Source of the DNA: Eledone cirrhosa
Taxonomy: Eukaryota
Length of the DNA stretch: 64,000 nt
Reading direction: 5' to 3'
Assembly: GCA_964016885.1 (NCBI GenBank)
Contig: OZ024746.1
Location: forward strand, 13,950,001-14,014,000
Part shown: positions 1-14,335 of the stretch, in pieces
Layout: each line of letters starts with the position of its first letter
How positions within the stretch are numbered: the first letter of the stretch is position 1
Position numbers and translations under genes: made by a program
Notes under the pieces: generated by a model
Told to the model about the DNA's origin: nothing
Seen by the model: the letters and a program-made list of their open reading frames with translations, nothing else
Database searches by the model: none

Positions 1-46
1 CAAAGCATGGTGTCCGACCCTCTACCGATACTGCCAATCCACCGCC
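1..46 (-). mobile_element. tRNA-derived SINE family A, 5' head (cut by window edge)
   Basis: Reverse complement reads ggcggtggattggcagtatcggtagagggtcggacaccatgctttg, matching the heads of the other copies. Confidence 0.9.
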
Positions 47-283
47 GTGGGATTATATATATATAATAATAAAAAGAGACTTTTATCTGTGCCTTTGTAT
101 TATTGTGTATATTTCTAAAACTGAATATCTCTTTATATGTAAAAAATCTTAAAATGAATGACAAAGTGCATACATTAAAGCACACACGTTCGATAAAACA
201 TTTCTCTTAGACATAGATCCATGCTTTTAGAGGACATATATATATGATACACACACACGCACACACACACACACGCGCGCGCG

Positions 284-470
284 CGCGGTGGATTGGCAGT
301 ATCGGTAGAGGGTCGGACGCCATGCTTTGACGCATAAAGTTACGGCCCTTTCCATTCTGAGTTCAAATTCCGCCGAGGTTAACTTTGCCTTTCATCCTTA
401 CGGGGTCGATAAAATTAAGTACCAGTAATGCACTGGGTAATTTCTGGCCTTGCCAAAAGTAGAAACAATA
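284..470 (+). mobile_element. tRNA-derived SINE family A (Nin-domain-like body), full length
   Basis: A-box-like tggcagtatcgg, B-box-like gagttcaaattcc, body gttaactttgcctttcatccttacggggtcgataaaa, tail agaaacaat; about 17 copies or fragments in the window. Confidence 0.92.
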
Positions 471-1467
471 TATATATATATATATATAAGTACATTTTCA
501 TCCATCCACTAGATTCGTAGAAAATAGAATATGAAAAAAGAGGAGAAAACATAAAGAGCAGTGTTTCCCAAGAGATGATAATAGACGAGAAGAGAAAATT
601 GAGAAATAGCAGACAAGCCGTTGAAGAGATGTGTAAGACATTGGACATAGTAGTAAGGAAACGTTGATGAGGCGATAACGAAAAGTGGGTAGAAGGTTAG
701 GCAACAACCGCAGTTCTGCTGCAAGAAATTAGAAAAACGGTAAATAGAATTTTCGAAGCAGCTGTCAGGATATGGAAACGTGGAAGGGGGTGCCTGTAAA
801 AGTAAGAATGAAGTAGACACATAATACAAAAACAAGTTTTTACATGTGATTATATATTAGAGCAGCTTAATATCTGTTAATGGAAGGAATCCCTTATCAC
901 CCCACCCTCGTATGAAATGATCTTAGTTGTTTAACGGTTGTTTTTATGCTCAAAAGAAGATCGTCTCTAGGGCTGTAATGTTTTAGTGAAATATACACGC
1001 AATCTTTATTGCATGTTTTCAAGGATTTCATGTGCAGCGAAGTATAGTTAAATATGCTAAAATTATAATGATTTATTAGCAGATTATATAATAAGCAGGT
1101 GCTAAGTGTCTAGGAATGTCCGTTGGATAATGTCTGTATGCAGTTAATCATAGGATTAGTTGCTGCCGATGTGCTTTCTGCTTTTTCAGTTTCCTAGGTT
1201 TAAATATTTTTCTAAGTATGGTATTGTGAACAGCTCTTTGCAATTTCAGTATTATTTGATCATTCGTGACTAATAATTTCGAAACCTTTGTAATTTCCCT
1301 CGAATATCATAAACAAAAACAAATAAATAAAAAACGTAAAAAACAACTACAAAAACAACAACAACAACAACAAAACAACAAATCCAAATAGTATAGCATT
1401 GGGTGTGTTTAAAATGCTTCGTCTTGTTCTTCTGTTAATAAAAAGTTAATAGAATAAAAACCCACCT

Positions 1468-1518
1468 GCAAACCACAGGATGTTTCATTAACCCTCTGAT
1501 CGGGTTTGATCAGTTTGC
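1468..1518 (-). ncRNA. Degenerate type-I hammerhead ribozyme-like motif
   Basis: Minus strand: gcaaa-CTGATCA-aaccc(gatcaga)gggtt-aat-GAAAC-atcct-GT-g-gtttgc. Stems I and II pair; G8 and the cleavage site are mutated. Confidence 0.45.
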
Positions 1519-3841
1519 TATTGAATATTCATTAACACTTGCTGTTTTTAATTAAATACAGTTAAGATAGAAACCAAATGGATGCCGTTTGGATTGGGAA
1601 AATCGAACATACATAATGGAAAAGGGGAAGAATAATTAAAAGAAAACAAAACTAAACAGGTGCAAACAAGAATGTGTATTCCCTTAGAAAGAAAAAAACA
1701 AGAAACTATAGTAATATTTATGTCTCTGCTTTCTAATACTAACATACCGCTCGAATGAGATGTTAACTCTGCATGTGATTTGGATTAAATGACTAAAGTA
1801 AAATAAATTGAAAGCAAGAAGAAATAAGAGATGATTTCAGCACAAAGACATTTCTTACATGTGGGACAATAATTAAGCAATAATAATGCTTTGATTCGCT
1901 GGAAGTACTGAATCTAAACGTGAGTTTTGAATCAAAATTAGGTGTCGAAGCAATGTGATTGAATAATCTTTTTTATATTAGAAATTTCTGTCAGCAAAAA
2001 TAGGAAAATTTCATCTCCATTTATATATTGAAGGAAACAAAATATCAATTGTAGGACATTTCCATTAGGTTTTTTAAACACAGTTTGGAAAGATATGAAT
2101 GGTTCAACGGAGAATTTCTTCATGCCTTGTATACACCTGAGGCTATATGTTATCATATATAACATTTTCGTTGAGAAGAAATACTAAGTTATAATGTTTA
2201 CGCCCTTCTAACAGAAGGAAAATAAAAAATATATTCTTAAGATGGTATATTTGTTTTATTTTACTTTAAAAGAAGTAATCATTTCTCATCTAAAATTAAG
2301 CTAAGAAAAATTTATTAAAATACACCCTTAATTGTTTATTGTCCAATTAATAACCCTGCCAATCAACCTTACAATATTTTCTCTATTAGTTATTAAAGTA
2401 TATACAAGTAATATGCTGAAGTCGACCCAATCTTTAGTACATTTTCTATTGGAAAATGTTCCGTAGTGTGTATGAATGTTACATAATTATACTAAAATGT
2501 CACAATAACTGTCCCAACGCACAGTATTTTAATACCTTCACACATTTGTATATTTTAAGTAAACGTGCAAAAAACTTTGATCCGCTTGCCAGCTGAGGAA
2601 AACGCACGTGGTTTGGTCTAACAAGAGATCACATAGAGCAAAAAGGAAACGAAAACATATATAATAACATTTGAAGATTGTAAGCAAACAACGTTGGAAT
2701 GAAGTTGGTGTTAACAGTATAGCAACTAAAAATAACATTAATTAAGATAAGATGTGTTTCAGATTAAATGCTTTCCCCAAGATAATTTTAACTTGTACTT
2801 TAAGGCTGCTAATAAGAATGTTTGATATAGAGCTCATGTCTTTAGATAAATGTACATTATTAATTCTTTTCAAGATTGTCAGTGGCCTAGTATGAAATTT
2901 AATACATTAGAAGCTACAATATTTGACACATATAGTCCAAAACACTCAATAACATATAGTCCTACTTGTTCTGAAGATGACGAATGTAAGATTGTAAATT
3001 AGAAATATACATATATAAACGCCCACACAAAATATGCAATTTAAACGATTGTTAATTTTATACAATACCTGACAAAAGTTTGTCAGGTATTGTACAGAAA
3101 ATTTAAATATGAAATTTATTAATTTTGTCATTGAGAAAATGAGTAAGGAAAATGCGTGGGAGATACGGTAAATTGGCAAACTAAATAACTGCAATGTCTG
3201 CTCTCGTTTCTTTATATTAGCAGTCGACTATATCTTCCATCCAGTTAGCTTTTGGTAAAATATTTACATTCTAATTACTGGCTGAAATACAGTCGACAAA
3301 ATACATCTCCCTACACATCTGTATTCTCATTCAGAAGCAGAGGAAGTGCTAACATATTAGGATTCAAGGAAACGTTACAGCTTCGATTTCTTGATGAAAG
3401 TATTTCCTTTCACTGTTAATATATCAAAATCTCACGTGTGAGATATTATTTGTACTGATGGAAAAGGTCTCTCAGGTTTTAACCTATTCTGTAGTAAGAC
3501 AAGTAGTAAGAATATAGGACAACTTAAGAAATTACTGGAACATGTTGCCATTAGTCATAACTAGATAAAATTGCAAAATTAATAATTATAATGCTAGAGA
3601 CGAACCCGATTAGTAAACCACATTAAAATGCTTTGAAACATTACTTGAATCGATCTGGATTTGTGTAATTTGTCCATGGTTTAGGAGAAAGAAGAGCTGG
3701 AATACTATGACGAAATATTAGTGCATGATTTCAATCCCAGAAGATGTACAAGAAACTGACGAAGAAAGACTAAAAATATTTCGAAATATTAACACAAAAA
3801 CAAAACAACAGCAAAAAGAGACAAGAATAAAATGTTGAAAT

Positions 3842-3852
3842 TATATATATAG

Positions 3853-3924
<72 letters not shown>

Positions 3925-3936
3925 TATATATATATA
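3842..3936. repeat. (TA)n microsatellite
   Basis: Direct reading; similar arrays at 4324-4405, 12619-12679, 14250-14347 and 18160-18227. Confidence 0.98.
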
Positions 3937-4217
3937 AGCAATATAAGAAACCAAATTTTCAACTTTTGAAGCGCTGAGAATATATATATCGTTATAAGCA
4001 TAAAGAAAGTGCTCAAGCGCAGAGATGCTATAAAGATAGCTTATAAAATAGGGTGAAGACCTTTAAAAGACGGAAAAAGAAGTTGCCATCAGCCGCTGGA
4101 AAATTTTCTTATATATATATATATTCGAGTTTCAATTCCTTTATTACAACCTTCTTGCATTTCCTAATAAATCTTTACTGTTCGTTTGGAATAACACACT
4201 TCCTAATCTCATACTCT

Positions 4218-4255
4218 GAGCAACGTTTCCAGACCTTCACGGTCTCACCACTTGG
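4218..4255 (-). ncRNA. Highly degenerate hammerhead-like motif
   Basis: Minus strand: GTGGTGA-gacc(gtgaa)ggtc-tg-GAAACGTT, lying between two (TA)n arrays. Confidence 0.3.
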
Positions 4256-4320
4256 ATAATTGTTGTCTCATTTCTACTGCCTAAAATAATAAAGGCAGTA
4301 AAAATAAGCCAACAATACTC

Positions 4321-4407
<87 letters not shown>

Positions 4408-6850
4408 ACGTGTGCATAACTTGCAAGCAATTTTGGAGCGATTGTTTGTAAATACATACACATTCGAGACTGTTATAGATACATATGGGACTGTTATAAA
4501 TACATAATATTGTTATGTAGATAACGTGAAAGTAACAAATTACACAGAAATGAATGGAAAAGCTAAAATAAGAACAATATTTGTAGTGAATTAGACGGTA
4601 GTGATGATGATGATGCCGACGATGTAGAGAAAGAGCTAAAGTAAGATAAAGAAGCTGACAAATACCAGGGTGGAGCAGTTGTTGAAAGGAAATAAAAGCA
4701 CATACTATAATTTTAAGGGTCATTGAAACTGGAGATGTTGACGAAAATGCTAGATATTTTGAAAGCAACTGTGATTTTAGAATCAGCTTTTAAGGAGCGA
4801 AATATTTCTCATATTTTTTGTTACTGCTGGCGTATCTTAAGAAAGTCAAAGTTTACTTTTAAATGTATACAGAACAAATACGATAATATGAAGAACGGTT
4901 GAAGAATTCAGTGATGATTCTGCTCAGGGATAAACTGTGCCCTACAGATTATGTTATCGTTGACTATGCGCCAACCGAAAAAAAAATGCCGTGGTATTTA
5001 GGTGGCGTTATCTATAAGAGAACATAACAAGTAAAAATAAACAATTCCTGTGTACTGTGATAACTGTAGCTCTGTGAAAGCTTAAAAGAAAGTGAGTACT
5101 TGTGCCGAAAACATTATAGATGTTAAATGTAGCATAAACAGAATGCGTCGCTTGTTAATAATTTGGTGTCGTTGAAAGCTAACAAATTGTAAGCCAACCA
5201 AAAGTTGTTGATTCAGTATGCGGAAAAAAGAGCGATCTTTTTTTTTTCAATCTGTGAAAAGGTAAAAGGTTTCTTATGAAAAGAAATTCTTCCAGTTTAT
5301 CAGATGATCTGTGTTTTCATATCTAGTAGCTGAAAAATTTAGGCAATCACATAATAGATCTAAAACATAACTGATATAAGTGTGACCGCATCGTTGGTTC
5401 TATACTATATAAGTGGAAAGGTATTTGAAAATGCGTTTGTAACATGTTAATCTGTGAACAAGAATACGATATGATACCGAATCTAGGCATCTGGTAACGA
5501 TTTCATAATGAGAGAATTTACATAAAATGTTTACAGACTTTTCAAGACTTGACAAAGCCAGTAATGAATTATGACGTAGTATATTAAAGTCACTATAAAA
5601 TAATATATTTAGCAGATTCAAGTTATTTGAAAACATTATATGGAATTGTTTCCCAATTACTTATTGAAGGATCACAATAGTTTTCTCTTGAAGTCACAGA
5701 ATTATCTTTTGTACATTTTATAGTTGAAAAATTTATAGAACCGGCAAGAGGCGGAAAAAATGTTTTCATACATTTAGTTTTATATATTTACATTTTGAGT
5801 GTAAATCTCACTCGCCAAGGTCGAACACCACAAAGTATTCTATCTAACGTTCTAACGATTCTGTCAATTCACCGCCTGAAATGAATATGTTAGCGTATAA
5901 CGGCTGAGTTACAGACTACATGCTTTTCAGTATTTAGTTTCTCAATTTTCCACGTTCAAATCCAGCTTGCTGTTCATATAGTTGAAAAAGTATGGGTTGA
6001 TTGTATTAAAAATATGTCTTATGCCCTAGTCAAAATAAATTTTATTTTTTAAAAAATGACAAAGCGACTTAAAGCAAACGGGATGTAGTTTTCATTTACA
6101 TACATAGTCAACACAAATAGGAAATACGCATTACATACCAACAACTTTTTGTCGCATTTTGCCAGAGCGAATGAAAGCAGTATTACGTTTAGAGAACTGT
6201 TTGAGTATTGTACAGCAAGTGTAATCTGAAACAGCCATCCACAATTATTGAATAGACATAGAGACTGAGTTAGAGCTGTATAGAATACTGTGCAGCAATT
6301 GTATATTCAAGCAGACTCCAGCATTGTTCAGTGTGACTGAAATATTGTTCAATGGTAATGAGAATGATAATGAAGTAAATTGGATCCGAACAAAAGCAAG
6401 AAGCTACAGTTCTCTCGGAGTTTATCTTTATCGTATTTGTCATTGAAGCCAATGGCGGGTATCTGTATGTTCGTTCGATTTGCTAGAATTAGAAGCTAAC
6501 TCTCCCTGAACTCCTACCCCACTGCTTTAAAGAAGGGTGAACCGGTGTATGTACTTCCTGATATACCAAAATAGTGTATTGAGATTATCATGGCAATAAA
6601 AGTTGTATGCATGTATGGACTCGTAACTCGTGATAGAGTCGTAGGAGCGCTGTACTGACATACGACATATCTTGGGTACTTTTAAAACCTGGCGGAACCC
6701 GTTCACTCTTCAGGTCTGAACATAGCCGATTTCTTCCTTTCTTCCAGGGAAAGAGAGAGAGAGGGAGAGAGAGAGAGAGAGAGAGAGATAGAGAGGGAGA
6801 GAGGGAGAGGGAGAGAGAGAAAGAGTGATAGAAGGAGATGTAGAGGAAGC

Positions 6851-6995
6851 ACCGGTCCTAGTACTGGACTGGTACTTATTTTGTCGACTACGAGGGATGA
6901 AAAGCAAAGTTGAACTCGGTGGGTTTTGAAACCAGATCACAGAGAGCCGGAATGAATACCACATATCCTTCTTTCTGACGTTCCAAGCACTGCCG
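6851..6995 (-). mobile_element. Diverged SINE family A copy
   Basis: ctggtacttattttgtcgactacgagggatgaaaagcaaagttgaactcggtgggttttgaa is the reverse complement of the SINE body; adjacent (GA)n at 6752-6820. Confidence 0.75.
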
Positions 6996-7598
6996 CTACA
7001 ATAAAGGTTGACATATGAGTAAATAACAATAATATCAATGAAAACAGCTACAACATAATGGTTTCCTTTGACTTAGCAGGAAACCTCAGATTCATATAGA
7101 CTATTGAATGCTTTTACAAAGAGCATTAGTAGCACGGGAAAAGAAAATCAGTTGTAACTGGAAAAGGAAACCTATTTAAAGACACGACTCACTGTGTGAG
7201 TTTATCCCTACTCTATGGCAGCCGTCATTGATCAATATATAATAGAACTTCTTAACTGTTGATAATAGAGCTGTTGGAAATATTAGTATACTGGATTAAT
7301 TTTCTTGTTGGAATGAATCTTATATAAAAATGTGGCATATGATAGTAATAAGCTGGGAACAACCATTTATAAGAAAGCTGTGATAAATATGTGTGAAGTA
7401 TAATTACGAATAATGTGTTTTCTGTGATAAATTATTTTTCGATGACACAAGGTGATTGGGTTAGCTGATTTTCCTATAACCTTCAATCTATAATGTGTAT
7501 TGGATTTCTATTTTATATTAACGTATATACATTTCAAAGACACCAGATATATTAGCAGAAAATTTATTATTTATTATTATTACCATTATTGTTGCTGT

Positions 7599-7712
7599 TG
7601 GTCAACTTTGTCTTTTATCTCTCTGGGATCGATAAAATAAACCACCTACCAAGTATTATATATAATCGATCCCTTCACAAACTTCTGGTCTTCTAGGCAA
7701 ATTAGAAACCAT
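7599..7712 (+). mobile_element. Diverged SINE family A, 3' part
   Basis: ggtcaactttgtcttttatctctctgggatcgataaaataa...ttagaaacc. Confidence 0.65.
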
Positions 7713-8640
7713 ATGTGTGCAGTGCCTAGTAGTGCTATTTTCTGTATGTTGTATATATTTGTAAGTCCTGGGGTTTTAGTTATATATTGTTTAATCATTC
7801 CCGGAGCACTTATTCTAGGGAATGTTTTAGTTTTCATCATCTATATTTAGGTTATTCATATCACCAGATCTTTAGATTTAGATAATATTTCCATTTATTT
7901 GAGAAAGATATTGTCGTCTGTGGTGAGTGATACTCAGTTAGAAGATGTTTCCTTTCTTCGTGGTCTTTGGCAAGAATATCTGGTCGAGTAGCTTTGATAT
8001 TCCTGTTTGTGTGTAACTGCATATCCTAGAGTATGGTTGCTTTGTCAATCTTTGAGAGATTTTGTGGTGTATGTCGATACCACCTTTTTTCTGTCGGTAT
8101 TTCATTATTCTGGCATAACATCCAGTGTATGTAAATCCCTATTCTGTCATGACAGTGGATACATTCCGTTTGTTTAAAACTGAACAATCAGAGACAATGT
8201 GGTTAATTGTTTCGTCTCTATCTTCACACATTACTTAATGTGTTCTGCTTAATTATGTAATGTTGTTGGTTTCAGAAAAGGTGAAGGGCGGCTTGATCTT
8301 CTCTTGCAGCAAACAATCTTTTAGTCTCGGATTTTGGATTTGATTTCAGCACTTCGTATTCAGTGTTGTGAAATTTCCTCGCAAGGGTCTTTTTTTGCCA
8401 TCGTTTTAACAAGGCATGTTTCTACAGAACTGTTTTTCAGTTTAAGTTTTAGCCTTTTCACCATTTATGATGTTGCTGCTTCTTTTTCATTTTTCATAAC
8501 TATATATCAACTTTGCTTCTGTTTTGTAGTTGTTGGATTCCCTGAAGAGAGAAAAGAATTTATGGCTTTGTTCGAGCTTCGTAGCTATTTGTATTACCTC
8601 TCCATTCTTCCTCATTATTTACATAAAAAAATGGGTTAGA
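7711..8640 (-). pseudogene. Decayed R4/Dong-like non-LTR retrotransposon, zinc knuckle + REL endonuclease end
   Basis: Translations ETINHIVSDC, HDRIGIYIHWMLC, PDILAKD and IQKIALLGTAHI, interrupted by stops and frameshifts. Confidence 0.85.
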
Positions 8641-9989
8641 TGCAAACATTTGGTTTTACAATTGAATATTTATTGATATCGGATTAAAAACTAAAACGTG
8701 TGGACTTTAAATTATATTGCCATAAAAAAGTTTCTACTATTAAGATATAATATTATCATTCTTTCTAAAGAGCTTTGACATCTCATGCATTTTAAATAGC
8801 TTTCCCCGTTTGGAGAATTTTCAGAGTGTAACCAATTTTCAATTTGATGGTTTTCGGGAAATGTTTAACTAATTTGGCAGCATGAGCAGGAATAATATTG
8901 TATTGGTATATTGCCAGTCCAGGTTGTCTCGGTAGTTAATAAAGGGAAGAAGAGTTTGTAAAAATTCTTCTTTGTAATAGTATCATGCAGTGACACTCAT
9001 CAGATGTAGTCAATCTTTTCCAATTGATAGTTTCAGACATCTATTTAAGCAATTCTTTTCTGTCAGTAATGATTTCTTTCGAAACTGAAATCTACTATAG
9101 ATTTTAGATTATTTTAAAGCAAGGGATTTTAAACACATTTTATCACAGAACCCTTTAGGATTTTCTAGAGGTAGAGAATCCTTATCTATATTTTGTTGAC
9201 AATATCCACTACTCTAATTTTAGTAAGTCATTAAATGAAACAAACCTTGTTTTAGAGAGAGAATTTCTTATAAAATAACAACACATTCTTATTAAATTCT
9301 ATTAAAAGACACCTTTATCTTCATTTCAGAGAAATATCTATGTTCGTGTGTCTGTATATATATCACAAATCCAGCCAGATAATCTATTACATCGTCCGTG
9401 GTAAAAATTATGAGCAATGACTGTTTCTCCGAGCGGATTCTATTCATTTCTACTAACTTACCACCAGACTTGATAATACGAGGTTATGCTCTGCATTATG
9501 TTAAAGAAATAATAAATATTCTTTATTTCAGGTTTTTGTCTAGTGAACATGAAGCTACGAGCTTGTTCATGTAAATAAAAACTATAATTTGTTGAGTTAG
9601 TGATAGCATATAATGTTTAAAATATATCCAGATCTTGCACATCGCATAAAACTATGCAAAATAATAATAAAATACTTTAAAGAAAAAGAATTAAGAAGAA
9701 ATATCAGAAATCAAAATAAAAGCTGAAGGAAAAGAAATGAAAAAAGAACGAAAACAAAACAAATATAAAAATATCACTTTTTTATAGCTTCAAAAGTAAA
9801 ATCACATAGCCATAATAATTAAATTACAAGAGAAAAATTTGATTTCTACGTTGAATTTTTTTCAATGTTTTGAAAGATGAAGAATATTCTCGTGTTACAC
9901 AGCCACACAGGAAATAACATGAGTCAACGAGGGAACATCGAAATGATCACTCAACCTTCCAGAAATAGCAGCAAAAACTGACTTCAAAT

Positions 9990-10698
9990 ATGATCACCTG
10001 CTTTCAGGCGGCAAGTTATTAGCTCCCCAGGAATATAAAACGCGGAATGCTAGAGTGGGGCAATACTTACACTGTGTAATGTCTAGGTTTTATGGTCTGA
10101 AAACGGAGGGAAAATGGTACAACTATCACTCAGATGCAGTAACAGGAGGCGAGAACGTAACAAACCTCTGGGATTTCCTTGTGAATACTGACAGAACAAT
10201 CAAGGCCAACAGACCTGATATAATTGTGAAGGACCATAGAAAGAAAACACGAGCATCAGATCGTAACATCTCGAAAGAGTTCGGAAAGCTCAGTAAGTAT
10301 AAAGATTTATCAATTGAAATTGAGAAAATGTAGCATCTTAAGGCCTGTACAATACCAGTGATAGTCGGCGCACTTGGAATGATAAAAAAGCGTACTGAAA
10401 AATATTTGGACCGTAGAAAGCCATCTCTGCAAGAGATACAAAAAATAGTGCTGACTGGCACTGCCCATGTCCTGAAAAGGGCATTATCAATTTAAAAAAC
10501 ATTGTAAAAGATACTTACTGTTGTTTGATCCCCTGTGGCATCATTTGTATGACAATTGATTGTATTATCAAATTGTGTGTATTATCAAATTTTACCTCAG
10601 GTATCAGGTTGACACTCGGCATTATTTGGAAAGAAGCAGAACTCAAAGGAAGTTTCAAATAATAATAATAGTAATAATAATAAAATAATAATGATAAT
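9990..10698 (+). pseudogene. 5'-truncated R4/Dong-like LINE (REL endonuclease) with 3' UTR and (TAA)n tail
   Basis: VGQYLHC..WDFLVNTDRTIKANRPDIIVKD..YKDLSIEI..IPVIVGALG..IQKIVLTGTAHVLKRAL; (TAA)n at about 10657-10698. Confidence 0.9.
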
Positions 10699-10699
10699 G

Positions 10700-11890
10700 G
10701 ATCTGGTAACTGCAATGAATATCTGGTTGCAGTGGTTAGATATAGTGCATCCATTCTCATTTGAACTGAAGAAAAAATATAAAAATTAGATAGAAAGAGG
10801 AAAATATTAATGACATTGTACGGAGCTTTACACCTTAAAGAAAATATTAATAGTGAAAGAATTGTGGCATAGACCTTATCAATGTCGATCATTGTATAAA
10901 GAGTGAAAGGAGAATGGTTGCAGAATATTTGATAAACAGTAACGAAGAGTTGTTGCAATATGCAGCAGAAGATAGAGGTATAAATGGAGTAGAAATTGTA
11001 GGAAAGGAAGAGTTTAACCAAAGAGTAGAATAGAAAAAAGAAAATCTAGGAATGAGAATACATGGACAGTTTGAGAGAAATACACAGGATATCAAAGATA
11101 AAACAATATCATAGATATGGCTTAAGCAAGGTGATTTGAAATGTGCCACTGAAAGCCTTATAGTTGCAGTGTAAGACCAAGCTTTTGCTAACAATTCAGT
11201 GAAATATAACATCTACAAATTTTTGATACTTAGAAATGTATGTTCTGTGGAAAGAATGTGAAAAATGTAACCCACTTGGTAAGCGGATGTGAAAGCCTTG
11301 CGCAAAAAGAATACAAGTGCTGCCATGATAAAGTGTGTCAATACCTTCATTGGTTTCTGTACCGTAAATACCAATATGAAGTCAGAGAATTAGTATGAAC
11401 ATGTGCTTTCTAGAGAAATGCAGGAAGATGGGAAATGATATTCTGAGATTATGTTTTCCAAACTGATTGAGTAATTAAGCATGGCCTATCGGACATTGTC
11501 GTATTGAACAAGACAGACAAATAATGTCAGATCATAGACGTAGCCAAACCAAATGACACGAATATTGCGAGTAAGGAGATTGGAAAAATCACTAAGTACT
11601 CTGAATTGAAAGTAGAGCTGGCAAGACTATTTGGAATGCAAGAGGGTAATATGAAAGTGATACCAGTTGTGATCGGAGTATTAGGGTTAATCTCATTGAA
11701 ACTTCAAGACTTCTTAAAGCGACTGGGAATACCATATAGGTTGGGTGTTATACAAAAGGGGGTTTTACTAGGTACTGCGCACATTTTGAGGAAAGTATTA
11801 CCTGCCTGAGGTCCTTGTTGCGACTTGACAGATGACTAAATACCACGGTGCATTATCCATCTGCACTGCGTGATAAAGCGATAATATTAG
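10700..11890 (+). pseudogene. Second decayed R4/Dong-like LINE (RT thumb, CCHC knuckle, REL)
   Basis: WLKQGDLKCATESLIVA.DQA, CMFCGK..VTHLVSGCESLAQKEYK.HDKVCQYLHW, IPVVIGVLG..LLGTAHILRKVL; many stops. Confidence 0.9.
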
Positions 11891-12612
11891 TAAGAATACT
11901 TCAGATGTAGCTAAATCTTGGAGACACTATCGCTGATATTTTACATGTTGTTTCCATTTCTTTTAGCACTTTTCGCCAGAAAGATAAGAAAATCAAAACA
12001 CTACAATCTTACCAAATGGGTATTTTGAACCTATGATTCCAAATCTAAGAATGGCATTTATCGTAAACCTTTTCAAATATCAATTTATTGAAAAGCCTTT
12101 TGTAGGAAGAATTATAACCCGCCCAGTAAAGAAATTGTTAGAATCATGATGAAAGAAACTTTTGTCAGGAAATCAGTTATTTTTGAGGAGTTATTACCTT
12201 TTCGAACAATAAGCAAAGACTGATTGATTTTATTGTCTGAATCAATATATAGAGCGGGGGGGGGGGGATATAACATTTCTTATATTATTTAAATGAAGTT
12301 TGCTTCTATAGAGGATAGCGTGTTAAGGGAGAATGAAAATTTCAGATGGTAATATATCATGATGTTTTTGTCTTTCGTTATTATTTATTATTCTTTATAA
12401 CTAAAATACAATATTTCTCGTTTGAATAAGCTATTGATAAACGCCGAGAAAAGATAATTAACTAACTCCGTTGTTATGGTAAAATAGCATTTGTTATTCT
12501 TTTATGTGTACATACTTTTCTAGAATATCGTAAAATGTCAGTGTCTATACAGACTATAGAAGACTATATATTTATGTATTTATGCCTTAAAAAATTACAG
12601 ACAGACATATTC

Positions 12613-12680
<68 letters not shown>

Positions 12681-12831
12681 CTTGTAGGTAGAGGTGTAAA
12701 CATCCAGTTGAATTAGGAGAATTTGAAATGTAGTTGTCCCACTGCAGATGACTATAATAATTGCCGATCCTTATAAATAATAGTTGAAAAAAATTCAGTA
12801 AAGTGCCACTGGAGACGGAAGAAAATGGAAA

Positions 12832-12905
12832 GAGGCGCCGGTGAGGAATCGAACGCCACCTCTCAGCTGCCGGGTGAGGGCGTTAGCCATTACATTGAGG
12901 CGTCC
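12832..12905 (-). pseudogene. tRNA-like sequence (tRNA pseudogene or SINE head)
   Basis: ggacgcc...ggcgcct acceptor-like stem, tgtaatggcta D/A-box, ctca..tgag anticodon stem (GGC, Ala-like), ttcgattc T-loop; the stems are imperfect. Confidence 0.6.
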
Positions 12906-13889
12906 TTGGTCACTGATTGTCGACTTTTAGAAGAATTTAAACTTGTAGCTAGAGGTTTAAATATACGGTTGACTTAAGAACTATTGAGAAAGTTTGAAAT
13001 CTGTTCCTATAAATGTACTTACATAAATATCCCCCCCCCCCACTCATATATATGAAACCAGGAGCATATGTATAAAAGAATCAATCAATAAAAAGCAAGT
13101 CCCGAACATGTTCATGTAAAATGTGAAAAATATGCTGACAGTTGTAGAGTTGTCAAAATACTTTTGCCATGTAAAGCAGGAATAGAAAACAATAAATGTT
13201 GAAACCGAACAAGATAAATAAAATATGAATATACGATTTAGATTTATCCTCTTATTTCTTCTAAATTTAAATTATCTTTCATGTTATAAATCCAATAAAA
13301 TTGTGTCTGGAGGTGAAACGGCATAATTTCAATGCCGGTTATTCATAATAGTTTCTAAGATAAACACATTTCTATAGTTCAGCGACATCACCAGAATGCT
13401 AAATATTATCCATAATTCGACTGGTTTTATTTAATCAATTTTTGTCCTGTAGGATTTTAAACTTATTTAAAACTACACAGACAAACACACACAGACATAC
13501 ATACGAATATATATAGAAGCGTTCATTAAAAAAAGAAAAATCTTTTATTTTTTTACAAGTTTAGTCATTGGATTGCGGCTAAGCTGGAGCACTTCAAAGA
13601 TTTTTCATCAAATAAGCCCCAGTACATTTTTGTTTTGTATTTATTTTGACAAGTCGTTCATGTTTAATAGTGATGGTTTCTGTTACAGGGCAGGTAGATT
13701 CTTTACAGATTGGTAAAGGCATTCTGTTTAAATATATATAAATAAAGCACTGAAACAACGTATTTCTAGTGGTTGATTAATGGGACTCTCTGTATTCGTT
13801 CATTTCCCATATGTTTTATTCATTCGTATGTTTTTAGCCGTGCGGGACTCTTTTCAAATTGATATGTTTTATATTGCACCTCGGCGTTC

Positions 13890-13960
<71 letters not shown>

Positions 13961-14246
13961 GTCTCTGCATATTCTCTATCTCTTCTCCTTCTTGGCTAAT
14001 TAATATGTTGGGCTTCGTCAATATCTTTTCAGTTGTAGATCATGGGTTAGTGGCAAATTTACTATAACTTGTAAATAGTCTTTAAGACTATCATCTTGTT
14101 CTTTGTCCCTTTGTTACCGTCCCTTGTGTACTAGAGCCAGTTCTATCACTCTTAAAGCACTGAAAAAGGTTTCTCTAACGGTCGACTGATGAGATGGGAC
14201 TGTTTGTTCATTCGTTCATTTTCGTGTCTTCACCATATTTTTTTTA

Positions 14247-14335
<89 letters not shown>

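Noticed and set aside
284-375. Functional tRNA genes at SINE heads
   Set aside because: A and B boxes are present but there is no complete cloverleaf, and they continue into the repeat body and tail.
560-790. Hammerhead-like traces (ttgatgaggcgataacgaaa; cgaagcagctgtc)
   Set aside because: The stems do not pair adequately, so the motif cannot be assembled.
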